In this document: one piece after another, positions 37,586-49,312 of the stretch | Layout of the letters: every line of letters begins with the position of its first letter | Position numbering within the stretch: the first letter of the stretch is position 1 | NCBI RefSeq assembly: GCF_037042905.1 | Contig: NC_087252.1 | Span: forward strand, 2,358,001-2,422,000 | Length of the DNA: 64,000 nt | Direction of reading: 5' to 3' | Origin: Lytechinus pictus | Lineage: Eukaryota | Notes under the pieces: generated by a model | Database searches by the model: none | What the model was told of the DNA's origin: nothing | What the model saw: the letters and a program-made list of their open reading frames with translations, nothing else | Made by a program: the position numbers and the translations under genes

Positions 37586-37915
37586 GTGAGTATGATCAAT
37601 AAACACTAGCTCCCCCCCCCCCCCCCCTCCTCCACGGCCCCATATAGGTCTTAAAAATTGTGGGGTGTTTTGAACCAAATTGTGAAATCATACCTTAAAG
37701 AACGGAGGTTGCTTATGAAATAAGGGGCCTGAGAGGGAAAGAAACGAGTTGGATGGCCCTCCGCAACGCAATAAAAACTCAACACCACTGTCAATATGAT
37801 TTTGTTTTTTTTATCAACAACCTAATGTTGTAAAACATATATATATATAATTTCATGACTTCATAATTGGAATTTTCTTTATCGCTACTGACTCTCATTG
37901 TTGTCTGTTACATTT

Positions 37916-38570
37916 GGGGGTGTTTCACAAAGACGTTTGACTTAGAGTTGCACTTATATGCCGACGCGCACACGATATGTAACGTGCAATCTGATTGATG
38001 GTTACGCGGTAGAGCGCCTCCTCTTTGCATGGTCTGACCAATGAGGTCATGTATTCTACACCGTACGCAACTGGGAATTTTTAGTGCGACTCTAAAGGCC
38101 ACCGCACACCTTACGACCCGACTGATCTACGTCTGGCTTGCAACTGACTGAGTAGAGATGAATCACAAGGCAGTCATAACCCTCGACACCGCACACCTTG
38201 CGATCCGACTACCATGCTGTCTGCGACTCACTAATGCGCTTTTTGCGCTTTTTGCTTTTTCCATAGCAACTGAGAAAATGCGCTTACTACTGTGTATGCG
38301 CGTTATTTATCATATATGCATCGTGCAACTTTGCTGTCAGATTGGCTGGAAGTTGGATTGAGCTTGCAATCCAGTCATAAGGATTCGACATGTCAAATCC
38401 TTACGATTTTCCTTGCGACTTGAGTACTCTGACCGGTCCGCGACTCTCAAGCTGACAAGAGCTGTGACGTCACATCTCCCCTCACTCAGTCGCAAGCCAG
38501 TCGTAGACCAGTCGGGTCGTAAGGTGTGCGGTGGCCTTAAGTCATACTCAAATCTTTGTGAAACACCCCC
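37916..38570. mobile_element. GGGGGTGTTTCACAAA-family MITE ending 10 nt before TRPC exon 9
   Basis: GGGGGTGTTTCACAAAGA ... TCTTTGTGAAACACCCCC. Confidence 0.88.
38096..38537. mobile_element. Harbinger-like MITE nested in 37916-38570
   Basis: TAA|AGGCCACCGCACACCTTACGACCCGACT ... AGTCGGGTCGTAAGGTGTGCGGTGGCCT|TAA. Confidence 0.9.
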
Positions 38571-38580
38571 TTGTCTCCAG

Positions 38581-38717
38581 GTATCGCATATAAGACTTTA
38601 TCGTACCTGGTTGTGGACGGACCAAAGTTCTTCTTCAACTTCACCCACTACCGCGATCTCCTCATCGTCTCGCTCCTCATGTTCGAGTGTATACTGGAAG
38701 CTCTCAAAGTCTACGAG
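38581..38717 (+). CDS. TRPC: TRPC coding exon 9 (S2-S3)
   Basis: GIAYKTLSYLVVDGPKFFFNFTHYRDLLIVSLLMFECILEALKVYE; cag / gtatgc. Confidence 0.88.
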
Positions 38718-39104
38718 GTATGCATTCAAATAGGTTATAGGTCATGGGTCATCAGATCATAGGTCACTCAAATACAGGGGTTTGATTTGTTGAAATCATT
38801 ACTGGATCAATATGTGATTGATATGAAACTTGACAGGAATAGATAAGACTGTAGTGCTCTATCGGGTTCACAATAGTTTGCTGCGTTCATGAGTTTTTTT
38901 TTTTTTTAAAGATTGTAATGATGATAATAGTAGTTTTGATAGCAATAATAAAGATATAACATTGACAAAAATATTAATTGTAATAATATTGTTATTAATA
39001 ATGAAAATAATAATATTAAAGATAATTACAAAGTAAGAATTATCTTTATCATTGCCATTGCCGTCATTATCATATTGTATTTGTTGCTTTTACGTCACCA
39101 ACAG

Positions 39105-39436
39105 ATTCAAATGGAAGCCGAGATAAAACCGTTTGTCGAACGGGAGCAGAATGAGGTAGCTGTCCTTTCGAAGCCCATCTTAGCTCTGGTGAGCGTCCTC
39201 GCTTTCCTCCGCATCTTGCCTTACCTGACCGCCAACGACCTCGTTGGTGCATTCCAGATCTCGCTTGGAGACATGATCGTCAACACCTCCCATTTCTACG
39301 TCATCCTCGTGGGCGTCTTCGTCGCGTTCTCAAGCGGGATGACATTCATCTATAGCAACACGGTCCAGGGGTCGCGGGAACTCAGCTGCGAATTCCGCCG
39401 TGGTGATTGCTCCGATCTCAAAGTCCATTTCAACAG
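39105..39436 (+). CDS. TRPC: TRPC coding exon 10 (S4-S5)
   Basis: ...LAFLRILPYLTANDLVGAFQISLGDMIVN...VAFSSGMTFIYS...; cag / gtgggt, phase 2 out. Confidence 0.93.
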
Positions 39437-40129
39437 GTGGGTTGATGGTGGGAGCTATTATGCACCATTTTCACGATAGCTCTTTACAGTACCTTCAGGG
39501 GCGCTGCCACCAGGACCATGGGGGCATGGCGGTGTGACGATCCCACTATGATTTCTCAATAGTATATATAGAGTACACATAATGCATTTTGCAAGAGAGA
39601 CGGACTGGTACCTACATGTACTTAGTTTAAGAATTTACCTCATCAACTGCCTTATCAAAATCATTCACATCAGAAACTGAAGCATAACTGCACCGTGGTG
39701 TGTATGGTGTCTATGGGTGAGTGTATTTTTCAGGATATTTCTTGACCAATAATTAGTCGAAGGTGACATACTTTACACATGAAATTGAAAGTTTCGATTC
39801 CCGGCTTGTCAATTATGTCATTGAGTAACTAAAGCCAATTCTTTGAAATATTGAAGTTGGTCTTTTATCTTTCATCAAATGATTTTTGTTTTTACAAAAG
39901 TTTGAACGCGTTCAAGAAAATCACTAACATTTGTATGGTTCATTTCGTCAGCATTCAAGTAATTGTAATAATGATGATAATTATACAGGTGTACTACAAG
40001 TATGTGCGACATTACACCATCAAATATTCTTGTTCTCGCTTTTACACAATCCATTTAATCGAGCTATAATGTTTTCCCTTCTTTATTAATGTTCAACAAA
40101 TTCAAACGCCCCCTTTATTTTATTTACAG

Positions 40130-40325
40130 CATTGTTGATGCAACTATCACACTGTTTTGGTCATTGTTTGGTCTTATTGGCATCGATATCCTCAATCTAC
40201 CAGCCAATCAACAGGTCCAACAGATCGCTGGTGTCGTCATGTATGTTTTATTCCATCTCTTAGCCGTGCTCGTATTACTCAATGCACTGATTGCTGTAAT
40301 GAGTAACGTCTACAACGCTGTCGAG
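40130..40325 (+). CDS. TRPC: TRPC coding exon 11 (pore helix, S6)
   Basis: TLFWSLFGLI...VLVLLNALIAVMSNVYNAVE; cag / gtaagc. Confidence 0.96.
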
Positions 40326-41356
40326 GTAAGCCATGCATGTTGGAAAATAGGATGACACGACATTTGATTCAGACCTTATTTCGTCTAAGATACATGTATA
40401 GGGTTAGGGTTGCAATAGGGTTTTATGTTAGGTTTAGGATAGGGTATAGTGTTAAATCCTGGGTTGAAGTTGGTCATTCCGTTGATGTGTGGAATTTACA
40501 GCAGAGCAATTGTCGCCGGAGCAAATTTCATGGAACCGGAAATAGATTACTAACCACCCCCACAGTAGGGATATGGTATATATGTCCTAGTTGTCCATTG
40601 CCTAAAATACAAATCCCAAGTTTATCCACGATCTACTTAAGATGTGGACAGAGTCTGGTTTTGGAAGTCATCATTTGCAGAAAATGATCCGGTTTTTTTT
40701 TCATATGCCATTGTTTATGTATATTATCATCATTATATTGGATCCCATTATCCATTGTCTAAAATGCAAAGTGTTTAAAATCCACGATCTACTTCAGATG
40801 TGGACAGAGTTTGGTTCGTCAATCGTTGCATGCAGAAAAGAATAGGATTTTACTTTGTTACCAATGTTTATGTATTAATATGATTATGTTGGACCCCATG
40901 GCGGAACAGAGCTGTTAATATGCTAGAAACTCTGAAAATTTGTGTCCTACAGTGCATTGATCACTTTTATTCAAAGCTTTATGCAACGACCTGTCCTCAA
41001 GCAGACATCAAATCTAGTAGATGGTTCTGTAGGTGTAGCGTCCACATCCAAAACCACGTTTTGTATGTAGATTCTGTGTCTGCTTCGAGAAACGCATATA
41101 TCTGTATAGACAGAAGTGTTTTATTTTTCGCTTGTCATTTTTTTCCGGCAAAAAAAATCACATTAATTTTTTAGTAAAACCCCTTTCTTTTTGCTTGTCG
41201 AACGTTTTGTTAAATTTATTTTTACTTTTTCTTCCTAACAAGTAACAATCTTTATTAATCGTTCTCAGGCCTCGGGTTTTTTTTTTTTTTGTTTCAATGT
41301 GCACAACTGTGCTCACAGTTATCCATGCCAATATTCATTTTCTTTAAATTTTGCAG

Positions 41357-41539
41357 GAAAACGCGGACGTAGAGTGGAAGTACTCGCGCACTGCATTATG
41401 GATGTCTTTTATGGATGATATGTTTACTGTTCCCCCTCCCTTCAATCTTCTACCGGATATGGGAGATTTCTTTCACCACTGCACCTTGTGTTGTAACACT
41501 AAGAATGGCAATGATACGGAAATACAACATACAGAAGAC
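41357..41539 (+). CDS. TRPC: TRPC coding exon 12 (TRP box)
   Basis: ENADVEWKYSRTALWMSFM...TVPPPFNLLP; cag / gtaata. Confidence 0.95.
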
Positions 41540-42091
41540 GTAATAAGGATATTCATTATTATGTAACATACTTATGCACATCCACGGATGAATTCATGAT
41601 ATCTTTGAGAAAATTACTTTCTATATTGTGATACCAATGAAAATGAGTGTCCCATGAAGGAGGCATTCAACATAATTAAAATAAACACATCCCCAAACTG
41701 AAAGATTACTTCAAGTATAATATTTTTAGATGACATATAGTCCTACATTTCTAATTTAGAGAGAGGGGTTAATTATTACTAAATCGTTACTGAATGTCCC
41801 CCCCCCCCCCCAAACTTCTAAATCGATCTTGAAATGATAATGCATTATTGATAAATTAATAAGGAAAAATGTATCTGTTCATGCAACGGGATAATTTTAT
41901 TTTGGGAATAAAGGTAGGATAGGGCTTCAAAATGTTTACTTGAAAAAAATAACCATACGATTGTGTATCCGAGCCTAAAATTTTGCTGTGCAAATGATAT
42001 TTAATGCGACTGGCTTTGATTTTTCCTTAAAGATATCAAAATCAATGCCATGACAACACATTCATTAATTATTTCTCAATTTAAATTCTAG

Positions 42092-42133
42092 GATCAACGC
42101 GAATATCGTTCAGTACATTATGATGACTACCAG
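42092..42133 (+). CDS. TRPC: TRPC coding exon 13 (42-nt small exon)
   Basis: tag|DQREYRSVHYDDYQ|gtgagt; supplies the YQ preceding the rib helix (cf. TRPC YQxVMxxLVxRY). Confidence 0.8.
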
Positions 42134-42159
42134 GTGAGTTACGTTGACTTTCAATATCT

Positions 42160-42290
42160 TAATAATTACAATGATAATAATAATGATAATAATGATAATA
42201 ATGATGGTGATGATAATGATAATGTAAACAATTATAATGATGATAATAATAATAATAATGTTAATAATAATACTGATTATGATAATAGCA
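42160..42290. repeat. (AAT/GAT)n low-complexity repeat
   Basis: Direct reading. Confidence 0.9.
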
Positions 42291-43181
42291 ATATTAGTGC
42301 CTACTTATATAACCAACAGGTCCACATTTCGACTGGTGCTCAGGGCGCTTCAAAAGAAAATACACATGAACAATATTTGAAATCAAATAGAAACAGAAAA
42401 ATTATTGAAGTATGAATTCCCCTGAGAACAACACGCTAACATTTTATACTAGTATTATCTTTTTAATGAGAGAGGAAGAAAATAAGTTTACAGTTGCAAA
42501 TGTTTCTGTTGGTGAGATTCGGCTAAATTGTATAGGCAGTTGATTCTATATCTTTGGTCCTATAACAGAGAAAGCATGATTCCTTATCAGCGCTATGGAG
42601 CAATAGTACATCGGATGATGAGCGGAGAATTTGTGTATCAGACTGATATGTGGGGGAGAAAGAATAAACTGACTGATGTTATTAGTAAAATAATTTAATT
42701 TTAAAGAAGCAAGGGAGCAAACAAATTCATTCAAAGAAAAATATTTTAGGGTGATATTTGAATATCCTTAAAAAGGGCGAAAGTGCGAAAAATATATATT
42801 AGACTTTTTTTGGGGCGTGCATTCCTTGGATTTCACAACCTCCAGTCTTATAAAAGGAAAATGCCGGATAACGCTTTCAAAACAGTCGTATCCATTTCAG
42901 TTCTATGTTCTGACCTTTTTGGCTATGAGGACCATACGAAAAAATGCGATTTATTGTGGATTTGTGCTGCGCACATATTTTTTTCTCAAAGCTAGATGAG
43001 AATTGAATTTGAATTTATACATAAAAACATTATAAGCATCTGCCAATATTTTTTGCTCAGTACGAAAAAAGATGCACAAAACATATATATACTTAAAAAA
43101 TAATATGAGATATGTAATAAATAGACAAAAAAAATGCCAGTCAGCATGATCTAATTATTTTGATGGCTTCAAATCTTTCAG

Positions 43182-43303
43182 AGGGTGATCAAACAATTGA
43201 TGGAACGGTATGTTGCCAGAAGACTTACCGACGAACAGAGCGCAACGGGTGGAATAGGACCTATGGACATCCGGGACCTTCGGAATGACGTAGCTGCACT
43301 CAG
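43182..43303 (+). CDS. TRPC: TRPC coding exon 14 (rib helix / coiled-coil start)
   Basis: RVIKQLMERYVARR...DIRDLRNDVAALR (cf. ELKQDISSFRFE); cag / gtcagc, phase 2 out. Confidence 0.9.
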
Positions 43304-43323
43304 GTCAGCATAATACCCTTTAA

Positions 43324-43779
43324 AGGGGAAGTTCACCCTGACAGAAAGTTCATTGTAAAAATAGAACAAGTCAAAAATATTGGAGACGGTTTGTAGAAAA
43401 AAAGACATTATTATTACAATTATTTAATTTGTGACGTCATACTTAGGCGAGTAGCTTCGTACATATCGTATGGTAAAAGAATAATCAAAATTTCTCAGAA
43501 AATTGAAAATGGTTTTTATTGTGCCTTCAGAATATCAATAAAAATACAATTTCACACCTGCTCCTAAAAAAATTACCACGAACCAGTAAAAAATGTTTGA
43601 ATTTTATATTACATAACATATGGGGCATCTTCTCGTATATAACGTCACAATCAAAAATTTAGAATTATATTAATTTACTTTGTTAATCTTTCAAGGATTT
43701 TCCTCAAACCTTCACCAATATTTGTTATCACTTTTTCTGCTGTATTTATAACAAACTTTCCGTCAGGGTGAATTCTTCT
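43324..43779. mobile_element. TTAA-flanked Kolobok-like MITE 20 nt after the exon 14 donor
   Basis: TTAA|AGGGGAAGTTCACCCTGACAGAAAGTT ... AACTTTCCGTCAGGGTGAATTCTTCT|TTAA. Confidence 0.85.
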
Positions 43780-43982
43780 TTAAGGCAGGGGCCGCGGAGA
43801 GGTTCTGAAAGCCAAAAGTGGGAAGGTTCACGCTTTTGTACACGGTTTTGAAAACCCTGTAAAGGTCACACACTAGATATTCTCCTGCGCACAATGCATT
43901 ATGGACAGGCGTATCTTTAAAAAATGGCCTAATTGATCAAATTTACTAAATTTCATTACACAAATATTTGTATTTCAAACTG

Positions 43983-44635
43983 AAACATAAAACCCTTCTG
44001 TATTTTATTTCATGATGAACATTTTTGATAAAGTAGGGTGTAAAGTTATATGTTAACAATTACTGTTTTTTGTGAATCTATTAATTCTTTCCCTTGCTCT
44101 GAAATCTGCCATCATCAGATATAATATATACATATATATGATATCATGGTAAATAGGTCTTTGATAGATACAATAAGGTAACTATTTTTCTTTCTCCAGA
44201 TTTGATGTAACAGCCAAGCTAAACATAAAACACTTACTTCTGTATTTTATTTCATGATTAACATTTTTGATAAAGTAAGGTGTAAAGTTGTATTATAACA
44301 TTTTTTGTGTGTGAATCTATTCCTTTTTTATCTTGCTCTGAAATCTGCCATCATCAGATATAGTATACATATATATGGTAACATGGTACAAAGGCCTTTG
44401 ATAGATACAATAATACCTTGGTCACATTTGCTCTACGGCGCGCCGAGGCGGCCGTATGGCAAGTCCAAAACAGGCGTTTTATTAATTTTAATTCAAACCA
44501 CCTATATGCAGCTGGTACAAAAAATGTTAAAACGGCTGTTTTCAACTCGCCGTACGGCCGCCACCGTAGAGCAAATGTGACCAAGGTGTAAGGTCACTAT
44601 TTTTCTTTCTTCAGATTTGATGTAACAGCCAAGCT
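43983..44635 (+). repeat. Tandem duplication (43983-44220 and 44221-44635) including the exon-15 acceptor
   Basis: Both copies start AAACATAAAAC..CTTCTGTATTTTATTTCATGAT and end CAG|ATTTGATGTAACAGCCAAGCT. Confidence 0.92.
44414..44588. mobile_element. Harbinger/Tourist-like MITE with TAA TSD
   Basis: TAA|TACCTTGGTCACATTTGCTCTACGG ... CCGTAGAGCAAATGTGACCAAGGTG|TAA; the empty site is visible in the duplicate at about 44174. Confidence 0.9.
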
Positions 44636-44804
44636 ATTGCAAATGGAAGAATCAATTGACAGAGGAAAGGACCAGAGTGTAGTGATCTATGGACAGAGCG
44701 AGGAGACACACAATGTTTTTGATAAAACATTGGAGATCGATGGGATGGTTTCCAAATATAGGTTCGGAATCAACGAGAGATGTAATGATGTCAAAAAATA
44801 CAAG
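44615..44804 (+). CDS. TRPC: TRPC coding exon 15
   Basis: ttttctttcttcag|A TTT GAT.. = (R)FDVTAKLLQMEESID...VKKYK; donor gttcgt. Confidence 0.82.
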
Positions 44805-45459
44805 GTTCGTATCAAATTTTCAGTCCTAGGCCTACCAATTAAAGTCCCAGTAAGAGCGACTCTAATTCAAGAAATATAAGCAATTTGGTTGGTTAAGAAT
44901 CAATTTCAACTGTTTGAGGCCTGTAAAACTGTACATGATCCGAATTTGACACGATATCTTACCAAATATGAAAGTTCCAATAAGTAAATTTGTCATTTGT
45001 TAGGTGCGACATGTTAGGAATCCTAAATGAACATTCTCTTTTTGCTGCAAGCCTTGTGATTTAATAAAATTCAAGTCGGGTTTCAAGTCACAGCCGATGA
45101 TGTCGTAATTACGATTTGGAAGTGAATTTGATTTTATTCCTAGCGGGAGGCAACGGATCATGTGAGGTGCGCCTACTTGTAGATTTGAAATATACTCGCA
45201 TCGTTGTGTTGTATGTTGCCAATTTTTTAAGATCAACTCTGATCAACTATAATCAATCAATCCTTCCATCCCGATTAAATAAGCTTTAATGTTCAAGTCA
45301 GGATCCTACTGCCAAGCAGGTCTTCCCGATGAATATATACATGTATAACTGCATAATAGTTTACAATGAATATATTCCTCAGACTATGCTTTTATTCTCA
45401 AACGCTATTCTCAGCTTTTATTCACTCTCACCATTTTAAATTCGCTTGACAATGCCCAG

Positions 45460-46002
45460 GAATTCATTCCTGCTTTCGGACAAGTCGATGCCCTAATGGG
45501 AGAACTAGTGCGTGCACTTGAAGAGACAATCAAGACTACAGCGACAGTGAGCACATCGACAAACCCAAGAAATCCTGCAACATCTACAGGCACATCAACT
45601 GATGCGAGTTACCCCACATCGTCCGCAGGCACATTGACCGACCCAAGACATTTTACAGCATATGCAAGCACCTCAACCACCTCAATAAAGTCTACAGCCT
45701 CTACGAGCACCCAAACCGACTTGTATGTGCATCCCTCCCCTGCCCCCATATCCAGCTCCAGAATTGTCTCTTCCCTCATCAGGCAATACGAGACACCGAA
45801 GACAACCCAAGAAACGGGGTTAGATCTCTTACAACGCGGAAGTCATGGATACGGGATGAGGCAGTCAAGAAGTACTTCCGGGTTGTCCGAAGCAAGCCGA
45901 GTTCATGTGCCACAGGGTGCGGGCTCTCGATCGGCTTCTTCTTCAAGGTCAAACCTACAGGGCGGGCTTGATGACCCAGACGAACCTTTTCACCAGAAAT
46001 AA
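45460..46002 (+). CDS. TRPC: TRPC terminal coding exon 16 (Ser/Thr-rich tail)
   Basis: cag|GAA TTC.. in frame with ORF 45496..46002; EFIPAFGQVDALMGELVRALEE...FHQK*. Confidence 0.8.
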   Translation, partial: EFIPAFGQVDALMGELVRALEETIKTTATVSTSTNPRNPATSTGTSTDASYPTSSAGTLTDPRHFTAYASTSTTSIKSTASTSTQTDLYVHPSPAPISSSRIVSSLIRQYETPKTTQETGLDLLQRGSHGYGMRQSRSTSGLSEASRVHVPQGAGSRSASSSRSNLQGGLDDPDEPFHQK

Positions 46003-46591
46003 TTATGAACTATTGATTTATTCATGTTTTCAAATCTGTTTGTGATTGTATTCAAAATGTTACTTGTGACAAAATTGTGAATTTTTGTGTCATCTAGGAC
46101 AATCTTAATAACATACATTTAAGGACACTTAAGCTCAAACCCGACATTGAAGGAGTCGGAGCATAACTCGTTCATGATCATTATATACCAGCCATTGGGA
46201 TCGGGATGGAAAAAGATTAGATACTAGCCATTGCCCCTTCCTTCAGAACCTCAAAACGTTTGTTACTATACAACCCATCCAGCATACGTCATTTTCTTTC
46301 ATTACGCTAAGATACCATCAAACACCTTACTTCGTTCAACTACTTGTTTCCAAACTATCTGCGAAATCCTCTGTATATTTGTCCGAAGACTTGGATTATA
46401 AACTGTACTTTCTGAAACATGTACTCAATGGATTAAAAAGATTCACATTGTGACTACCAAGACCTAATTTACCTTATTAACCAGGCAAAGTCGTGGTAGT
46501 GTATTTACCATTCTCCTGTGGTCTATTGTTGTTCTCATGATGTTACCATGGAGATATGATGTTACAGTCACATTAAAAAGATACTTATCCA

Positions 46592-46740
46592 GGGGCCTGT
46601 TGCAGAAAGAGTTTCGTTTAAACGCAAGTCAAAAAAAATAAATTGCAAGTCCCAAATGCGCGCTGTTGATTGGTTGAAAATCAAGTTACGCATGATTTTT
46701 AGAGTTGCGATTGATTGCAACTCTTTCTGCAACGGGCCCC
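46592..46740. mobile_element. Small MITE in the putative TRPC 3' UTR
   Basis: GGGGCCTGTTGCAGAAAGAGTT ... AACTCTTTCTGCAACGGGCCCC. Confidence 0.85.
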
Positions 46741-47514
46741 TGATCAATCAAAGCCATGACGTTATTTCCAGTGATATATATCATCGAGCGATTTGAACTC
46801 GGCTACGTAGGTGTACCTTTAGCATTTTAGTATATTGAAATACTTGTATCTCATTAGCATATAGGTGAAATTTCCTTTCCCAACTCGTGTTATTCGTGTC
46901 TACTATTCATGCTATTATTCACTTTGTGAGATAGATCTGTAATATGATCAAATAATGTCAATAATCAGTACTAATAATAAAAATGGTTGCTTGTCTCGGG
47001 TACATATTTGCGATGGCTTTCCCAGAGCAGGTATTCTACATTTCAGGTTGATATGAAATATATATAGGGAGAGCAGAATTAGGATAAGGTAGATTTCAAA
47101 ACCGATAGAGGGATAAGGTGATATTAAATGTATCGCTTATTCGTCATTCTTTTAAAATATATGTATATTCAATTTATATCTGATTTTAGTCTAGACCATT
47201 TCATCAGCATTATCCATGGGGATATTATTTGTAAAGGTTGTACTTTGTCACTTACCGTTTTTTCTTTGAATTCGTGCATACCATGTATTTGGGTTATCAT
47301 TCCACACGTTTGTCTACAAATCTTTATATACCTCCCTCAAATATGTATGCAATTAATAGAAACTCGCTATATGTTTCAATTCGATATGCATTTCAAATCA
47401 GTCTACTTAGAAGATGTGATGCAAATTCTATGTCAAGTAATGTGTATTCAGAATGTTAAACTTTTGATCACCCTGTTGATATATGTATGACTTTCGTAAC
47501 CTCTATAAAGATTG

Positions 47515-47520
47515 AATAAA
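47515..47520 (+). terminator. Candidate polyadenylation signal of the TRPC gene
   Basis: AATAAA followed by T-rich sequence about 1.5 kb after the stop; other AATAAA hexamers exist, so this one is uncertain. Confidence 0.3.
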
Positions 47521-48014
47521 TGCCTTTTTATCTAGAAACAAGGTTGAAGTTTATTTTGTTTTAGAAGCTTTTAGAATGACACGTCGGAATAAAAAGGGAG
47601 AGTTTAGCAAAATTTATATGTTGGTTTCGGGGATTCTAATATGCCGTGAATGTTTAACTATTGCACTCGACATGCATCTGTTTTCGAAGGTAAAATAAAC
47701 CCTTTGATTTGCTATCGTAGAGCTGACGTCAAAACCGTCACCATCGCTCACCCGTCGTACAAATTCATGGAGCTATTTACTAAAGACGGGGGTCGAGTGG
47801 TAATGTTCTTCGCGCGCTTCTAGACTTATATTCAAATTTGCTTCCCGTTTTGCGTTATCCGTGTTTTTTTATATGTTGGATAGTAATGAACGGGCAATAA
47901 CCATGATGAACCTTGCAAATAATTTTTAAAGACCTAATTGACATGACACTGGTAATTTTCAGTTGTACTTGATTATGAAAACTACAAACCAGTAAAGAAG
48001 GTGATGATAAAGCC

Positions 48015-48280
48015 GTGGTAATGATGATGATGGTGGTGGTGGTGATGATGATAGTGATGATGATAATGATGATAATGATGATGATGATGATGATGATTGA
48101 TGATGATGATGGTGGTGGTGATGATGATGATGGTGATGGTGGTGATGATGATGATGGTGGTGGTGTTGGTGATGATGATGGTGGTGATGATGATGATGAT
48201 GGTGGTGATGATGATGTTGATGATGGTGGTGGTGATGATGATGATGATGATGGTGATGATGATAATGATGGTGATAGTGA
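48015..48280. repeat. (GAT/GGT)n microsatellite
   Basis: Direct reading. Confidence 0.97.
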
Positions 48281-49117
48281 TCTCATTGATAAATAGTCGG
48301 TGGTTGTACACTTGTGTTAAAAATTCATGAGAGTGATGTTTGAAATATCGCGATTGTGACTGTGAGATCTAAGACTGGCTATAGATTATTTTCAAAGGGA
48401 AATGTGTATATAAATGTATAGGCACTGCCATGCTTAGGAAAGTCTTCACAATCGTCCCTACATACATCATGTACATGGTACATTTGACTTTTCACATCGG
48501 CCGGTCTGTTCACACGGCCAATGCTATTTGACTGCTATTGAAAACTTGAAGAGGATATATGAAGTCCGTAGTGTGCTCTCAGGAGCAAGGGATCATTCAA
48601 TTTGAATTTGACTATAAGTCGCGCCAGCGTCTCTCAACATGCCTTACATAGGTAAAGGGGGTTGGTGGAATGACAGATCTTGCAAACGATGACAAAATGA
48701 CAAAATTTGAAAATACTCGACCGACCAAGCAATCTGTTATTGCTGTAACACTAACTAACAGGGATGTCAAACTTCCGAAATACAACCATTGTGTCACCTT
48801 TTCGTTATTAAATCTGTTATACCTGTAGAGGAGGCAATATTCTCATCGATGAAGTGTTTGCTCTCCAAACACAAGCATACAAATATGATGAAAAAGGTTA
48901 CCATGGTAACAAGAAGTGGGTGATAATGGTGATGACAACCTCATGTTCAAATGTTGAAACTTTGAAATTCTTACACTTCCAAGGTATACAACACCAAGAA
49001 ACAAACGATAGCAGCACTGATCAAAGAAACGGGAAAGATGATAACGACATTCACAAAGACAACAGTATTATAAATTGTACAATTAGACATGTTCGAGATA
49101 TACCCCAATATAATTAT

Positions 49118-49312
49118 TTATAAGCGCTGCATATTATTACATCTGGTTTAGCATTTTGCATAGCTGCCAGTTAGGCTCTCCTTAGCATTTCGAGGAATTA
49201 ATCCTTCTGGGTACCCATTTACAATGTTTACCTCACCTGGGTCGAGAGTGGCAAGTGTAGATCAACGCCTTGCCAAATGACGATAGCGCTGAGGTGGGAA
49301 TTGGACTTCGGA
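49118..49312 (-). mobile_element. Decayed SINE (AAATGGGTACC core)
   Basis: GGGTACCCATTTAC..CACCTGGGTCGAGAGTGGCAA, as in 6632-6888. Confidence 0.7.

Larger units (their letters stand above)
9583..46002 (+). other. TRPC: TRPC-family (canonical transient receptor potential) channel gene span, 16 coding exons, 979 aa
   Basis: The exons below join in frame through GT-AG introns (total 2940 nt including stop). Motifs occur in TRPC order: ankyrin repeats, TPIMRAAQKNNYSIVK, AIKYKQKRFVAEPNCQQ, FQISLGDM (S4-S5), LFWSLFGL pore, LLNALIAVMS (S6), EWKYSR TRP box, VPPPFNLLP, C-terminal coiled coil. The symbol denotes the family, not a specific ortholog. Confidence 0.95.

Noticed and set aside
42134..42415. 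Asn/Asp-rich 93-aa ORF
   Set aside because: Begins at the exon 13 donor GTG and translates an intronic (AAT/GAT)n repeat.
47855..48330. Overlapping poly-Ser/Ile/Met/Asp ORFs
   Set aside because: All are frames of one (GAT/GGT)n microsatellite.
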